From contig DOFA01000171.1 in NCBI GenBank assembly GCA_003532195.1, positions 1-32,357 of the forward strand: a stretch of 32,357 nt of DNA, given 5' to 3'. Position numbers and translations under genes: made by a program. Shown one piece after another: positions 22,317 to 30,690 of the stretch (its first letter is position 1; each line of letters opens with the position of its first letter). This stretch comes from Clostridiales bacterium. GTDB lineage: Bacteria; Bacillota; Clostridia; Saccharofermentanales; UBA5734. The notes under the pieces were generated by a model. That model saw nothing but the letters and a program-made list of their open reading frames with translations, was not told the origin of the DNA and did not search any database.

Positions 22317-22475
22317 TTCCGGCAGCCTGCCGGCTGGCGCCGCCTGCTGCGGAAAAAGCCGGTCATGGTGCTGAATGTCGGCCGGCCGATTCACCCGGTT
22401 TCACGTGATTACAAAACCGATGCCCGGAAGCGCATGGAAGAAACCAGGAGAGCCATGCACGTGCTGAATCAATAG
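22317..22475 (+). other. 52-codon in-frame continuation of the acyltransferase domain beyond the TAA stop
   Basis: The same frame as the preceding gene stays open from 22317 to TAG 22473-22475. It encodes FRQPAGWRRLLRKKPVMVLNVGRPIHPVSRDYKTDARKRMEETRRAMHVLNQ. KPVMVLNVGRPIHP resembles the last conserved LPLAT block. Confidence 0.45.
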
Positions 22476-22507
22476 TCGGCGATGCGGCGAGGGGTTGGCT
22501 GACCTGC

Positions 22508-22789
22508 CTATCTGGCTATCTGCCTGGACTTGAGTGATACGATCTTGCGGATGCTGTCTTCCGACAGATGGAATCGTTCTGCCAGATCATCGATCCGGCA
22601 GCCTGTCTGATATGCCTGGTGAATCTGGGCGTTACGCCGCCATAGCAATTCCCGGCTGCCGCTGCAGGTTCCCCAGGCCTGCCGCCGTGTCGTCTGCCGG
22701 GGAATATATAACAACTTTCCGTCAATATGTTGCTGAATAGCTGCCACCAATTCCGGCGGCAGCACATCGCTGACGTTGATATAGGCCAT
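22508..22789 (-). CDS. CD3324-family / Mor-like small helix-turn-helix regulator
   Basis: 93-aa ORF with the family pattern MAYINVSDVLPPELVAAIQQHIDGKLLYIP...WG..SGSRELL.RN..I and a C-terminal HTH, IDDLAERFHLSEDSIRKIV. GGAG lies 7 nt upstream of the ATG. Confidence 0.7.
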   Translation of the reverse strand: MAYINVSDVLPPELVAAIQQHIDGKLLYIPRQTTRRQAWGTCSGSRELLWRRNAQIHQAYQTGCRIDDLAERFHLSEDSIRKIVSLKSRQIAR

Positions 22790-22809
22790 TTTTCTGCTCC
22801 ATTTCCTCT

Positions 22810-22838
22810 AAAAAAATACCGCCGGATTACCCGCGGTA
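22810..22838 (-). terminator. Intrinsic-terminator-like hairpin with a U7 tract immediately upstream of the CD3324-family gene
   Basis: The minus strand reads taccgcggg-taat-ccggcggta followed by ttttttt. That is 8 bp with one mismatch and a 4-nt loop. It ends about 20 nt before ATG 22789. Confidence 0.5.
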
Positions 22839-23019
22839 CAAATAGCCGCTCATGGCTTGCTGTTCATGAGCCGGCAACCTGGGGTCATTCGACAATCGAT
22901 GCCGGACACGAAAAATCGTGCCCGGCACCGGCTGAATTAGGTGTTAGCCACCTCTTCATCTTTCATTGCCACAAAATCGCCCCCTTTCAGAAGAAATTTG
23001 ACGTCGCGACTTCATTAAT

Positions 23020-23048
23020 ATTATATCCGGCTCCGGCAGAACAGGCAA
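23020..23048 (-). promoter_or_regulatory. Candidate promoter heading the ~220-nt leader of the CD3324-family gene
   Basis: The minus strand reads -35 TTGCCT (23048-23043), a 17-nt spacer, and a perfect -10 TATAAT (23025-23020). It lies just downstream of the SDR gene stop. Confidence 0.4.
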
Positions 23049-23060
23049 TGGAAAGAATGA

Positions 23061-24017
23061 TTATAGAACTTCATTCCCAATCAGGCTGCCATGGCTGATC
23101 AGCCAGTCCAGGCAAGCCCGGATGGCCTGATACGATGAGAAGCGCGGCGTAAAGCCGAGAAGGCGCCGGGCTTTGTCCATTGAGCAGCAGGGCGAATGCC
23201 GGAGATGATCATAGGTTGCAGCGGCATCCTCGCCGGACACCCCTTGCGACCAGACATCATACGGCTGGAAGATCAGTTCGGCTTCACGGTTGAACCAGCG
23301 GGCTACTTCGCGGGCATAGCCGGCCAGGGTGACCGCGGCCGGCGATACGGCGTGGAATCCCTGGCCGAAACTTGCGCTGCCATTTTGCAGCGCCGCCAGC
23401 ATGACGCCGGCCACATCAGCGGCGTGAACATGATGGAGCGTTTCCATGCCGAAATTCGGCAAAGTCAGCGGCCTGCCTTCGCGCAGATCCCGGAACACCT
23501 GCAGGTTCAGGTTGCCCTGGGGATTGACCGGACGGAAGCCTTCGGCAACAATATGTCCGGGATGGACGATCGTTCCCGGGAAACCGTTTGCCGCAAACAA
23601 CTGCCGGATCGTCAGATCCATTTGGTTCTTTTCCCGGCCATATTCGTCAATCGGATTGCGGTTCAGATGCTCCGGGCATGGCACAATCGTGCTGGGGCCA
23701 TGCATCCAGATGCTGCCGCAGACGATGTAGTGGCTAACCTTGCCCTGCAAAGCCCGGATCAACTGACGCATATCGTCATCCTTGAAGCAGATCATGTCAA
23801 TGACGATGTCACTTCCCAGAGCGGCGACCTGCCCGTTAAAGCCGTCCTGATCCCTGTCCAGCGAAACCTGCCGGACAGCCTGCCAGCAGTCTGGTTCACC
23901 CGGAGGCACCGTCTGGCCGCGGCTGACGTTGGTCACTGCATAACCGGATTCGAGCAGCATCGGGACCAGATAGGATCCGACGCGGCCCTTGCCGCCGAGA
24001 ATTGTAATCTGATGCAT
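23061..24017 (-). CDS. NAD(P)-dependent epimerase/dehydratase-family (extended SDR) protein
   Basis: 318-aa ORF with the Rossmann motif ITILGGKGRVGSYL at the N-terminus. GAGGTGA lies 6 nt upstream of ATG 24017, inside the 3' end of the upstream TrmH gene, so the two form an operon. Confidence 0.75.
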   Translation of the reverse strand: MHQITILGGKGRVGSYLVPMLLESGYAVTNVSRGQTVPPGEPDCWQAVRQVSLDRDQDGFNGQVAALGSDIVIDMICFKDDDMRQLIRALQGKVSHYIVCGSIWMHGPSTIVPCPEHLNRNPIDEYGREKNQMDLTIRQLFAANGFPGTIVHPGHIVAEGFRPVNPQGNLNLQVFRDLREGRPLTLPNFGMETLHHVHAADVAGVMLAALQNGSASFGQGFHAVSPAAVTLAGYAREVARWFNREAELIFQPYDVWSQGVSGEDAAATYDHLRHSPCCSMDKARRLLGFTPRFSSYQAIRACLDWLISHGSLIGNEVL

Positions 24018-24023
24018 TACAAA

Positions 24024-24794
24024 TCACCTCACATCTGTTTCTTTGCTGTAAAACTGGTTTTTACTGTAAAAATCATAAGCTGCAATACCTACCGCGACCG
24101 GCAGGTTGAGGGAGTCGATCTGGTCGCTGTGCCGGATCACGACAGGGGTGCCGATCTTGAGGAATGTGCCGTCCAGCCCGGTCGCCTCATTGCCGAAAAT
24201 CAGGCTGCAGGGGCGGGAAGCCTGCGGCCGAAGGTCATTCAGGGATACTTTTCCCTGGAGCATGAAAGGGTAAAGGTCATGCTCAGGATAGCCCATCCGG
24301 TAATCAGAAAAGAGATCGAAGTATTGGAAATTAATCCGGAAAAAAGCACCCATCGAAGCGCGGATGACCTTCGGGTCGAAGATGTCCAGGCCTGGACGGA
24401 TAATGGCCAGATCACGGATGCCGAAGCCGAGGACGGTGCGGATGATGGTTCCCAGGTTACCCATGTTGCTGGGATTGACCAGGACGACATGAGGGCGGCC
24501 CGGATCGAGGGAAAGGGAATATTTCTTGAATACGCCGATGACATAGCAGTTTTCCTTGGCGCTGATCCGGCTGATCAGCCGGTCGTTGGCCAGAATGCCA
24601 ATCCGATGACTGCTGCAAATTTGATCGATTTCAGAGATTTCCGGGCTTGCCCGCAGATCGGAGCTGGTCAGGACAGCCAGAGCCGTTTCCGGTCTGCCCT
24701 GCAGCAGTTCAATGGTCGGGTAGGCGCCCAGTGAGTAGGAATAATCAAATTCTTTCTTATAAGGTTTAAAAAGCAGCTCCATCGGAAATCCCAT
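24024..24794 (-). CDS. TrmH/SpoU-family RNA 2'-O-methyltransferase
   Basis: SpoU motifs are present: LVNPSNMGNLGTIIRT, LIFGNEATGL and SLNLPVAVGIAAY. ATG 24782 is an alternative start. Confidence 0.85.
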   Translation of the reverse strand: MGFPMELLFKPYKKEFDYSYSLGAYPTIELLQGRPETALAVLTSSDLRASPEISEIDQICSSHRIGILANDRLISRISAKENCYVIGVFKKYSLSLDPGRPHVVLVNPSNMGNLGTIIRTVLGFGIRDLAIIRPGLDIFDPKVIRASMGAFFRINFQYFDLFSDYRMGYPEHDLYPFMLQGKVSLNDLRPQASRPCSLIFGNEATGLDGTFLKIGTPVVIRHSDQIDSLNLPVAVGIAAYDFYSKNQFYSKETDVR

Positions 24795-24872
24795 CCGGAT
24801 CCGGAAACTCGACGCCGGTCCATGCAGTCACTATTATCCTATAAACAGCATAAGGCCGCAACAGGCTGGGGA

Positions 24873-25907
24873 TCATCCCGGCGAAAGGGCGGATACAGTT
24901 TCGCGCTCAACGAGAATATGATTGGCGCACATGAACTTGTCATTTTCGATTTTGTTCTCGATCTTGCTGATTAGAATCTCAATTCCTTTAGCAGCCATGT
25001 ATTTGCGGTCAACGCGCACGGTTGTCAGGGCAGGCTCGATATAGCTGGAAAGGATGATGTCGTCAATGGCGATGACTGAAATGTCCGCCGGCACCCGAAT
25101 ATGCTGCTTTTTCAGGCTGCGCAGGGCGCCGATGGCGAAGATGTCGGCATTGCACAGGATAGCTGTAGGCCGCCGCGGGCTTTTCAAGATTCTGTTCATT
25201 GCCTCTTCGGCGGTATCCTCGTCCTGGGCGTTCATTTGCACCCAGCCGGCGGTCATGTCCATCTGGTATTTTTCCAGAACCTGCCGGTAGCCCTTGAAAG
25301 TTTGCTGGCCAAAGAACTGCGAATGGCCGCTGCTGATATCGCTGCCGAGATAGCCGATTTCACGGTGCCCTTTGCTGACCAGGTGCTCGACAGCCAGCGT
25401 GGCCGCCGATTCATAATCAAAGATGACATAGCCGATACCGGAAACCGGCAGGTAATTGTCCAGAATGACCGTCGGGCAATCGCAGGCATGGATCCGCTCG
25501 ATGACCAGCGGGTCAAGGTAACCGAGGACGATGATGCCATCGACATCCCGCGACTTGATGACCTTGGGTATCTCCACCGTCTTGTCGGGTGCGACGGTTG
25601 CGACGCAATAAATCAGGTTATATTGCCGGTTTTCACTTTCGCGGATCAGGTGGTTGTTCAGTTCCGAGTAGAAAGACTGTTCCAGCAGGGACAGCTCCCG
25701 GTCGGTCAGAACGGCGATGTTGCCGGTCCGGTTGAAAAGCAGGCGGCGGGAGCTTTCATTGGGAATAAAGTCCATCTGCCTGACGATCTCGAGAATTCTG
25801 GCTCGGGTTTCCTTGCTGATGCCGTCCTTGCCATTGATAGCCAAGGATACCGCCGTAGGAGAGACACCGGCGACAGCGGCGACTTGTTTGATGGTGATTC
25901 TGGCCAT
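24873..25907 (-). CDS. LacI-family transcriptional regulator
   Basis: The N-terminal HTH is MARITIKQVAAVAGVSPTAVSLAING, followed by a periplasmic-binding-protein-like sugar-binding fold. It is divergent from the aminotransferase operon. Confidence 0.9.
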   Translation of the reverse strand: MARITIKQVAAVAGVSPTAVSLAINGKDGISKETRARILEIVRQMDFIPNESSRRLLFNRTGNIAVLTDRELSLLEQSFYSELNNHLIRESENRQYNLIYCVATVAPDKTVEIPKVIKSRDVDGIIVLGYLDPLVIERIHACDCPTVILDNYLPVSGIGYVIFDYESAATLAVEHLVSKGHREIGYLGSDISSGHSQFFGQQTFKGYRQVLEKYQMDMTAGWVQMNAQDEDTAEEAMNRILKSPRRPTAILCNADIFAIGALRSLKKQHIRVPADISVIAIDDIILSSYIEPALTTVRVDRKYMAAKGIEILISKIENKIENDKFMCANHILVERETVSALSPG

Positions 25908-26114
25908 TTCTTGCTGGATCCTCCTGGTTCATTCCTTTGGCTCGGAGCTGCTGCCGGGCCTTAGAATCGAACTTAATGCTTTTATAGACTATAATAGCTG
26001 ATTGTTCGTCTCTGTCAAGCGCTAATTGACATAATGACAAAATCTACCGGTATATATTTGGTTATGTAAATATAATGCACGAAAAAACGCCCTTTATTAC
26101 TCGGAAACGCTCTC

Positions 26115-26143
26115 TTGACAAGCTGAAATGATCTGCTTATAAT
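26115..26143 (+). promoter_or_regulatory. Consensus sigma-70 promoter of the aminotransferase operon
   Basis: Perfect TTGACA (26115-26120), a 17-nt spacer, and perfect TATAAT (26138-26143). Confidence 0.65.
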
Positions 26144-26148
26144 CGAGA

Positions 26149-26160
26149 TAAAAGCTTTTA
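26149..26160. promoter_or_regulatory. 12-bp perfect palindrome at the predicted transcription start (candidate operator)
   Basis: TAAAAGCTTTTA lies 6-17 nt downstream of the -10 hexamer. A second inverted repeat, TGTCAA-n7-TTGACA, lies at 26013-26031. Confidence 0.3.
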
Positions 26161-26195
26161 GTTATAATTACGGTATTGGCATAAGGAGGCACACG

Positions 26196-27476
26196 ATGAA
26201 AGAGAAACTGGCTTTGTATGGCGGGCCAAAAACGAAAACGACGCCCAATTACCCCATGTACCCGGGCGGACTGGAAATCGGCGATGAAGAACGCAAACAG
26301 ATCAATGAAGTCCTCGACCGGAAATATCTGTTCCGTTATTATGGACCCGAAGATTTCCCATCCAAAGTCGCGGAATTCGAACAGAAGTTTGCCGCCCGGA
26401 CCGGAGCGAAGTTCTGCCTGGCCGTCAATTCCTGCACCTCAGCCCTGATCACATCCCTGGTTGCCTGCGGTGTCGGGCCGGGCGACGAAGTGATTGTCAC
26501 CGGCTATACCTTTTTTGCCTCCTGTGCAGCAATCGTTGCTGCCAAGGCCATACCGGTCATCGCGGAAGTGGATGAAACCCTGACTATAGATCCGGATGAT
26601 ATTGAAAAGAAGATCACCCAGTCGACCAAAGCGCTGCTGATTGTCCATATGCGCGGCGTTCCCTGCGACATGGACCGGATCATGGCGATCGCCCGCAAGC
26701 ACAGCCTGCGGGTCATTGAAGACGTCGCCCAAGCCTGCGGCGGATCCTACAAGGGTAAAGCCCTGGGAACTTTCGGCGATTGCGGCTGCTTCTCCTTCCA
26801 GTACCACAAGATCATCACTGCGGGTGAAGGCGGCGCGATTATCACCGACGATGAGCTTCTCTACAACCGCTGCATGGGTTACCATGACACGGCAGCCTGC
26901 TGGCGGCCGAACCGTTTTGCCGAACAGCGCTATGAAGGCGAGCTATTCTGCGGCGTCAATTACCGGATGAGCGAGTTGACCGGCGCAGTCATGCTGGCTC
27001 AGCTAGGCCGCCTGGACAACCTGATCGCCGAGATGCGCCGCGCCCAGAAACGGATCATCAGCGGCATCGCCGGTACCCCGGGTATTAAAATCCGCCCGGT
27101 CAACGATCCGGAAGGCGATGTGGGCATCTGCCTGATGTTCTACCTCGATCAGGCCAGCAAGATCGAAGAATTTGGCAAGGCGTTACAGGCTGAGGGCGTC
27201 AATGCCTCCGGTGTTTTCAATTCCGGGATTCCGGACTGGCACATTTATGCCCACTGGAAGCATGTTATCGGCCAGATGACACCCAACGAGATCAAATGCC
27301 CCTGGAGCTGCCCCTACCATAAAGGCGAACCGGTCGAATACGACGCCGGCATGAATCCGAAAACCCTGGAATACCTGAGCCGGGTCGTGCACCTGGATAT
27401 ACCGGCCCAGCTCACCGATGAAGATTGCGACCTGATCGCCGCCGCCATCCGAAAGGTGGCAGCCGTTCTGGCCTGA
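26196..27476 (+). CDS. DegT/DnrJ/EryC1/StrS-family PLP-dependent aminotransferase (scyllo-inosose/keto-sugar aminotransferase-like)
   Basis: 426-aa ORF. The family lysine block is FSFQYHKIITAGEGG, with the N-terminal YPMYPGG...EE and CTSAL motifs. AAGGAGG lies 6 nt upstream of the ATG. Confidence 0.85.
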   Translation: MKEKLALYGGPKTKTTPNYPMYPGGLEIGDEERKQINEVLDRKYLFRYYGPEDFPSKVAEFEQKFAARTGAKFCLAVNSCTSALITSLVACGVGPGDEVIVTGYTFFASCAAIVAAKAIPVIAEVDETLTIDPDDIEKKITQSTKALLIVHMRGVPCDMDRIMAIARKHSLRVIEDVAQACGGSYKGKALGTFGDCGCFSFQYHKIITAGEGGAIITDDELLYNRCMGYHDTAACWRPNRFAEQRYEGELFCGVNYRMSELTGAVMLAQLGRLDNLIAEMRRAQKRIISGIAGTPGIKIRPVNDPEGDVGICLMFYLDQASKIEEFGKALQAEGVNASGVFNSGIPDWHIYAHWKHVIGQMTPNEIKCPWSCPYHKGEPVEYDAGMNPKTLEYLSRVVHLDIPAQLTDEDCDLIAAAIRKVAAVLA

Positions 27477-27516
27477 AGCCCTGCAGAAACCTGCCGATTT
27501 TAAAGGAGGCCTTCCC

Positions 27517-28284
27517 ATGCCCAAAATCTCATTATGCCTGGAAACTGTTTTCCCTGAACTGAAACTGGCGGACCGCATCCGCAAAGCCGCCGATGCCGGA
27601 TTCCAGGCGGTTGAATTCTGGGATCCCTCATCAGCCGATCTATCCGGCATAGCCGCCGCCGCGGCTGCCTGCAACGTGGCAATCGTCGGCTGCACGCTCA
27701 GCGAACCGCGGGTATACCAGATGGACCGCCAAGCCGGTCCGGTTGTCGCCAATGTCCGCAAGTCGGTCGCGATTGCCCGGGAACTGGGCTGCCCGACCTT
27801 GATCGGCCTTTCCAGCGACCTGGAAGGGCATCGCGATTCCCAGAAGAATATCCTGATCGAAAACTTAAAACGAGTGGCGGACATCGTCGCCCAGGCCGGA
27901 GTCACCCTGGTTCTGGAACCGTTGAATTCTTTGGTCGACCACAAAGGCTGCTACCTGGATTCGGCGATGGTCGGCTTTGAGATTGTCAAGTGCGTGGACT
28001 GCCCCAATATCAAGCTGCTGTTCGACATTTACCACATGCAGATCATGGAGGGGAATCTCGTCACGAACATTACCCCGAACATCGGCCTGGTCGGCCATTT
28101 CCACACGGCCGGCGTGCCGGGCCGGCACGAGCCGTACCCTTGTGAGGTTAACTACCCGTTTATAATGAAAAAAATTGACGAACTCGGCTATCAGAGGTAT
28201 GTTGGACTGGAATACTGGCCAACCTATGACCATGCCCGGTCCATTCGCGACAGCCGCTTATATTTGTCCGGCCAGGAGGCCTGA
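27517..28284 (+). CDS. Hydroxypyruvate-isomerase-family TIM-barrel protein
   Basis: Hyi-like N-terminus MPKISLCLETVFPE...AGFQAVEFW, then LEPLN and FDIYHMQIMEGNL. AAGGAGG lies 6 nt upstream of the ATG. Confidence 0.8.
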   Translation: MPKISLCLETVFPELKLADRIRKAADAGFQAVEFWDPSSADLSGIAAAAAACNVAIVGCTLSEPRVYQMDRQAGPVVANVRKSVAIARELGCPTLIGLSSDLEGHRDSQKNILIENLKRVADIVAQAGVTLVLEPLNSLVDHKGCYLDSAMVGFEIVKCVDCPNIKLLFDIYHMQIMEGNLVTNITPNIGLVGHFHTAGVPGRHEPYPCEVNYPFIMKKIDELGYQRYVGLEYWPTYDHARSIRDSRLYLSGQEA

Positions 28285-28297
28285 ACAGGAGGGTTGC

Positions 28298-29461
28298 ATG
28301 CAAAAGATCAAAGCGGGTATTATCGGCACCGGATACATTGGCATCAGCCATATCGAGTCGATCCGCCGGACCGGCTTTGCCGACCTGGTTGCCGTGGCCG
28401 ACTCCAACAGTGACCTGGCCCGGAAAAAAGCTGAGGAATATTATATTCCCCGCTGTTACAACAGCATCGACGATCTTCTGGCCGATCCAGAAATTCAAGT
28501 CATACATAATTGCACCCCGAATTTCCTGCATGCCAAAATTAACGAACAGGTTATCCAGTCCGGCAAGCATCTGCTCTCCGAGAAACCGCTGGCCCGTGAC
28601 AGCGAAGAATCGGCCAGCCTGATCCGCAGCCTGCAAAAGCACCCCGGGACGGTGGCGGCGGTCAATTTCAATTACCGGATGAATCCCCTGGTCCAGGAGA
28701 TCCGCAGCCGGATCAGCCGCGGCGACATCGGCAAAGTCAACCTGGCGCACGGCAGCTACCTGCAGGATTGGCTGCTTTACGACACCGATTACAACTGGCG
28801 CCTGGAACCGGAAATCTGCGGCGTTTCCCGCTGCATCGCCGATATTGGCTCACATTGGATGGATGCGGTGCAGCATGTCACCGGAGCCAGGATCACCGAG
28901 GTCTGCGCCGACCTGGCGACGGTTATCCCGGTGCGCAAGAAGCCGAAAACCCAGGTCGAGACCTTCTCGGTCAGCAAGGACGCCGAATTTGAGGAAAAAC
29001 CGATTGTCACGGAGGATTACGGCGCCGTGCTGTTCAAGATGGACAACGGCGCGCACGGCGTTTTCTTCGTTTCCGAAGTCAGCGCCGGACATGGCTGCTT
29101 CTTTAACTTCGAGATCGACGGCAGCCAGGCATCCCTGCAATGGAATCAGCAGACTGCCGACCAGATGTGGATGGGTTTCCGCGACCAGGACAACCGCCTG
29201 ATCCTGCGCAATCCGAATAGCCTGACACCGGAAGCCAAACAGATATCCTACCTGGCCAAGGGCCATCCGGAAGGCTGGAACGACGCCTTCACCAATAACA
29301 TCCAATCCTTCTACCGCTATATCCGGGAAGGGAAACAGCCGGGGACAGACGCCTGTTCCTTCGCAACCTTTACCGAAGCGGACTATATCATTCGCCTGAC
29401 TGAAGCCATTGTCGAAAGCAATGCTTCCCGGAAATGGGTCAAAGTCAGGCCGATGGCCTGA
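28298..29461 (+). CDS. Gfo/Idh/MocA-family NAD(P)-dependent oxidoreductase
   Basis: Rossmann start MQKIKAGIIGTGYIGISH, followed by the EKPLA motif. AGGAGG lies 6 nt upstream of ATG 28298. The longer ORF from 28175 overlaps the preceding gene and has no SD. Confidence 0.85.
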   Translation: MQKIKAGIIGTGYIGISHIESIRRTGFADLVAVADSNSDLARKKAEEYYIPRCYNSIDDLLADPEIQVIHNCTPNFLHAKINEQVIQSGKHLLSEKPLARDSEESASLIRSLQKHPGTVAAVNFNYRMNPLVQEIRSRISRGDIGKVNLAHGSYLQDWLLYDTDYNWRLEPEICGVSRCIADIGSHWMDAVQHVTGARITEVCADLATVIPVRKKPKTQVETFSVSKDAEFEEKPIVTEDYGAVLFKMDNGAHGVFFVSEVSAGHGCFFNFEIDGSQASLQWNQQTADQMWMGFRDQDNRLILRNPNSLTPEAKQISYLAKGHPEGWNDAFTNNIQSFYRYIREGKQPGTDACSFATFTEADYIIRLTEAIVESNASRKWVKVRPMA

Positions 29462-29516
29462 TTCGATGATTTGCAGCTATTTGAGTACAGCAAAAGCATT
29501 ATAGGAGGTAATTCCC

Positions 29517-30548
29517 ATGTCACAGTTCAAGTTTTCCGCCGGTCCCTGGAATGTTCATGAAGGTGCAGACGCTTTCGGCCCCAAGATCCGCAAGAGCATA
29601 CCGATTGAAGAAAAAATGTTCCGCTATAAGCAAATTGGCTTCGACGCCATGCAGTTTCACGATGATGACGCGGTCCCGGACATGAACAGCCTGAACGAAG
29701 ACCAGATCATCCAGGCGGCGCGCCAAGTGAGGAAGAAACTGGATCAGAACGGTTTGGCGGCTGAATTTGTCGCTCCGCGGCTCTGGGAAGACCCGCGGAC
29801 CGCCGACGGCGGCTACACCAGCAACAACCCGGATCACCGCGCTTTCGCCTTATGGCGCTCCCTGCGCTCGATTGACATCGCCCATGAGCTGGGCTGCGAT
29901 AAAATAGTCCTCTGGCTGGCCAGGGAAGGAACGCTCTGCGCCGAGAGCAAGAACCCGGTCGAAAGCATCAAGCGGCTGGTCGAGGCCATTAACCAGATGC
30001 TCGCCTATGACCCGAAGATCAAGGTTCTGATCGAGCCCAAGCCCAACGAGCCGATCGACCGCAGCTTCTGCGGCACCATCGGCCATGTCATGGGCGTATC
30101 GGCGGCGACCGCTGATCCGTCGCGGGTCGGCGGCCTGCTGGAGTCTGCGCATGCGATCCTGGCCGGACTGGATCCCGCCAATGAAATCGCTTTCGGCCTG
30201 GCCTTCGGTAAACTCTGGGGCGTCCACCTGAATGACCAGAACGGCATGAAATATGACCAGGACAAAGCCTTTGGCGTAGAAAACCTGCGTCAGGCGTTCA
30301 ACCAGGTCAAGGTTCTGATCGAAAACGGCTATGGCGGCAAGGGCGAATACGTTGGCCTTGACGTTAAGGCCATGCGGACACAGCCGGACGAAGTCTGCTA
30401 CCGCCATCTCGAGAACAGCCTGGCGATCGTCAAAGCTCTGGAAGCTAAAGTGGCCCGGTATGATTACGCTTATCAGAAAAAATGCCAGGAAAGCCGCGAT
30501 TACGAAGCTCTGGAACTGTATGTCATGAATCTGCTGATGCACGACTGA
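29517..30548 (+). CDS. Xylose-isomerase-like TIM-barrel protein (short class-I XylA homologue)
   Basis: Class-I xylose-isomerase signatures are present: FKFSAGPWNVHEGADAFGP, QFHDDD, WLAREG, IEPKPNEP and HLNDQNGMKYDQDKAFG. AGGAGG lies 7 nt upstream of the ATG. Confidence 0.8.
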   Translation: MSQFKFSAGPWNVHEGADAFGPKIRKSIPIEEKMFRYKQIGFDAMQFHDDDAVPDMNSLNEDQIIQAARQVRKKLDQNGLAAEFVAPRLWEDPRTADGGYTSNNPDHRAFALWRSLRSIDIAHELGCDKIVLWLAREGTLCAESKNPVESIKRLVEAINQMLAYDPKIKVLIEPKPNEPIDRSFCGTIGHVMGVSAATADPSRVGGLLESAHAILAGLDPANEIAFGLAFGKLWGVHLNDQNGMKYDQDKAFGVENLRQAFNQVKVLIENGYGGKGEYVGLDVKAMRTQPDEVCYRHLENSLAIVKALEAKVARYDYAYQKKCQESRDYEALELYVMNLLMHD

Positions 30549-30598
30549 CCTTGCCCGCTTAAACCCAATCGTTCTCTCCCATAACAGACCCTTGTACC

Positions 30599-30637
30599 CT
30601 TCAAAAGCCGGCATGCATAGCATGCCGGCTTTTGAAG
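30599..30637. terminator. Rho-independent terminator ending the aminotransferase-to-isomerase operon
   Basis: cttcaaaagccggcatg-catag-catgccggcttttgaag. The core is GC-rich (gccggcatg) and is followed by TTTTG. An A-tract on the other side makes it formally bidirectional. Confidence 0.75.
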
Positions 30638-30690
30638 CCCTCTGTCTTCCGGCCGAAGGCAGGATGCCCGCAGAGGATTAGAATTCTGTC

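Noticed and set aside
23196-24734. 512-aa ORF on the plus strand, the longest ORF in the track that I did not assign
   Set aside because: It runs antisense across two well-supported minus-strand genes (SDR and TrmH) and straight through their junction. It has no SD and no recognisable motif. Its Arg/Ala/Gly/Asp-rich composition is typical of shadow frames in GC-rich coding DNA.
28175-28297. N-terminal 41-codon extension of the Gfo/Idh/MocA ORF given in the ORF track
   Set aside because: The extension overlaps the 3' end of the preceding gene and has no SD. ATG 28298 has AGGAGG at ideal spacing and begins directly with the Rossmann motif.
30639-30676. Hairpin (cctctg...cagagg) upstream of the homocysteine methyltransferase gene, considered as a SAM-type riboswitch or T-box
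   Set aside because: It is too short and lacks the conserved cores of the SAM-I, SAM-II, SAM-SAH and T-box elements. It also lies upstream of the predicted promoter rather than in the 5' UTR.
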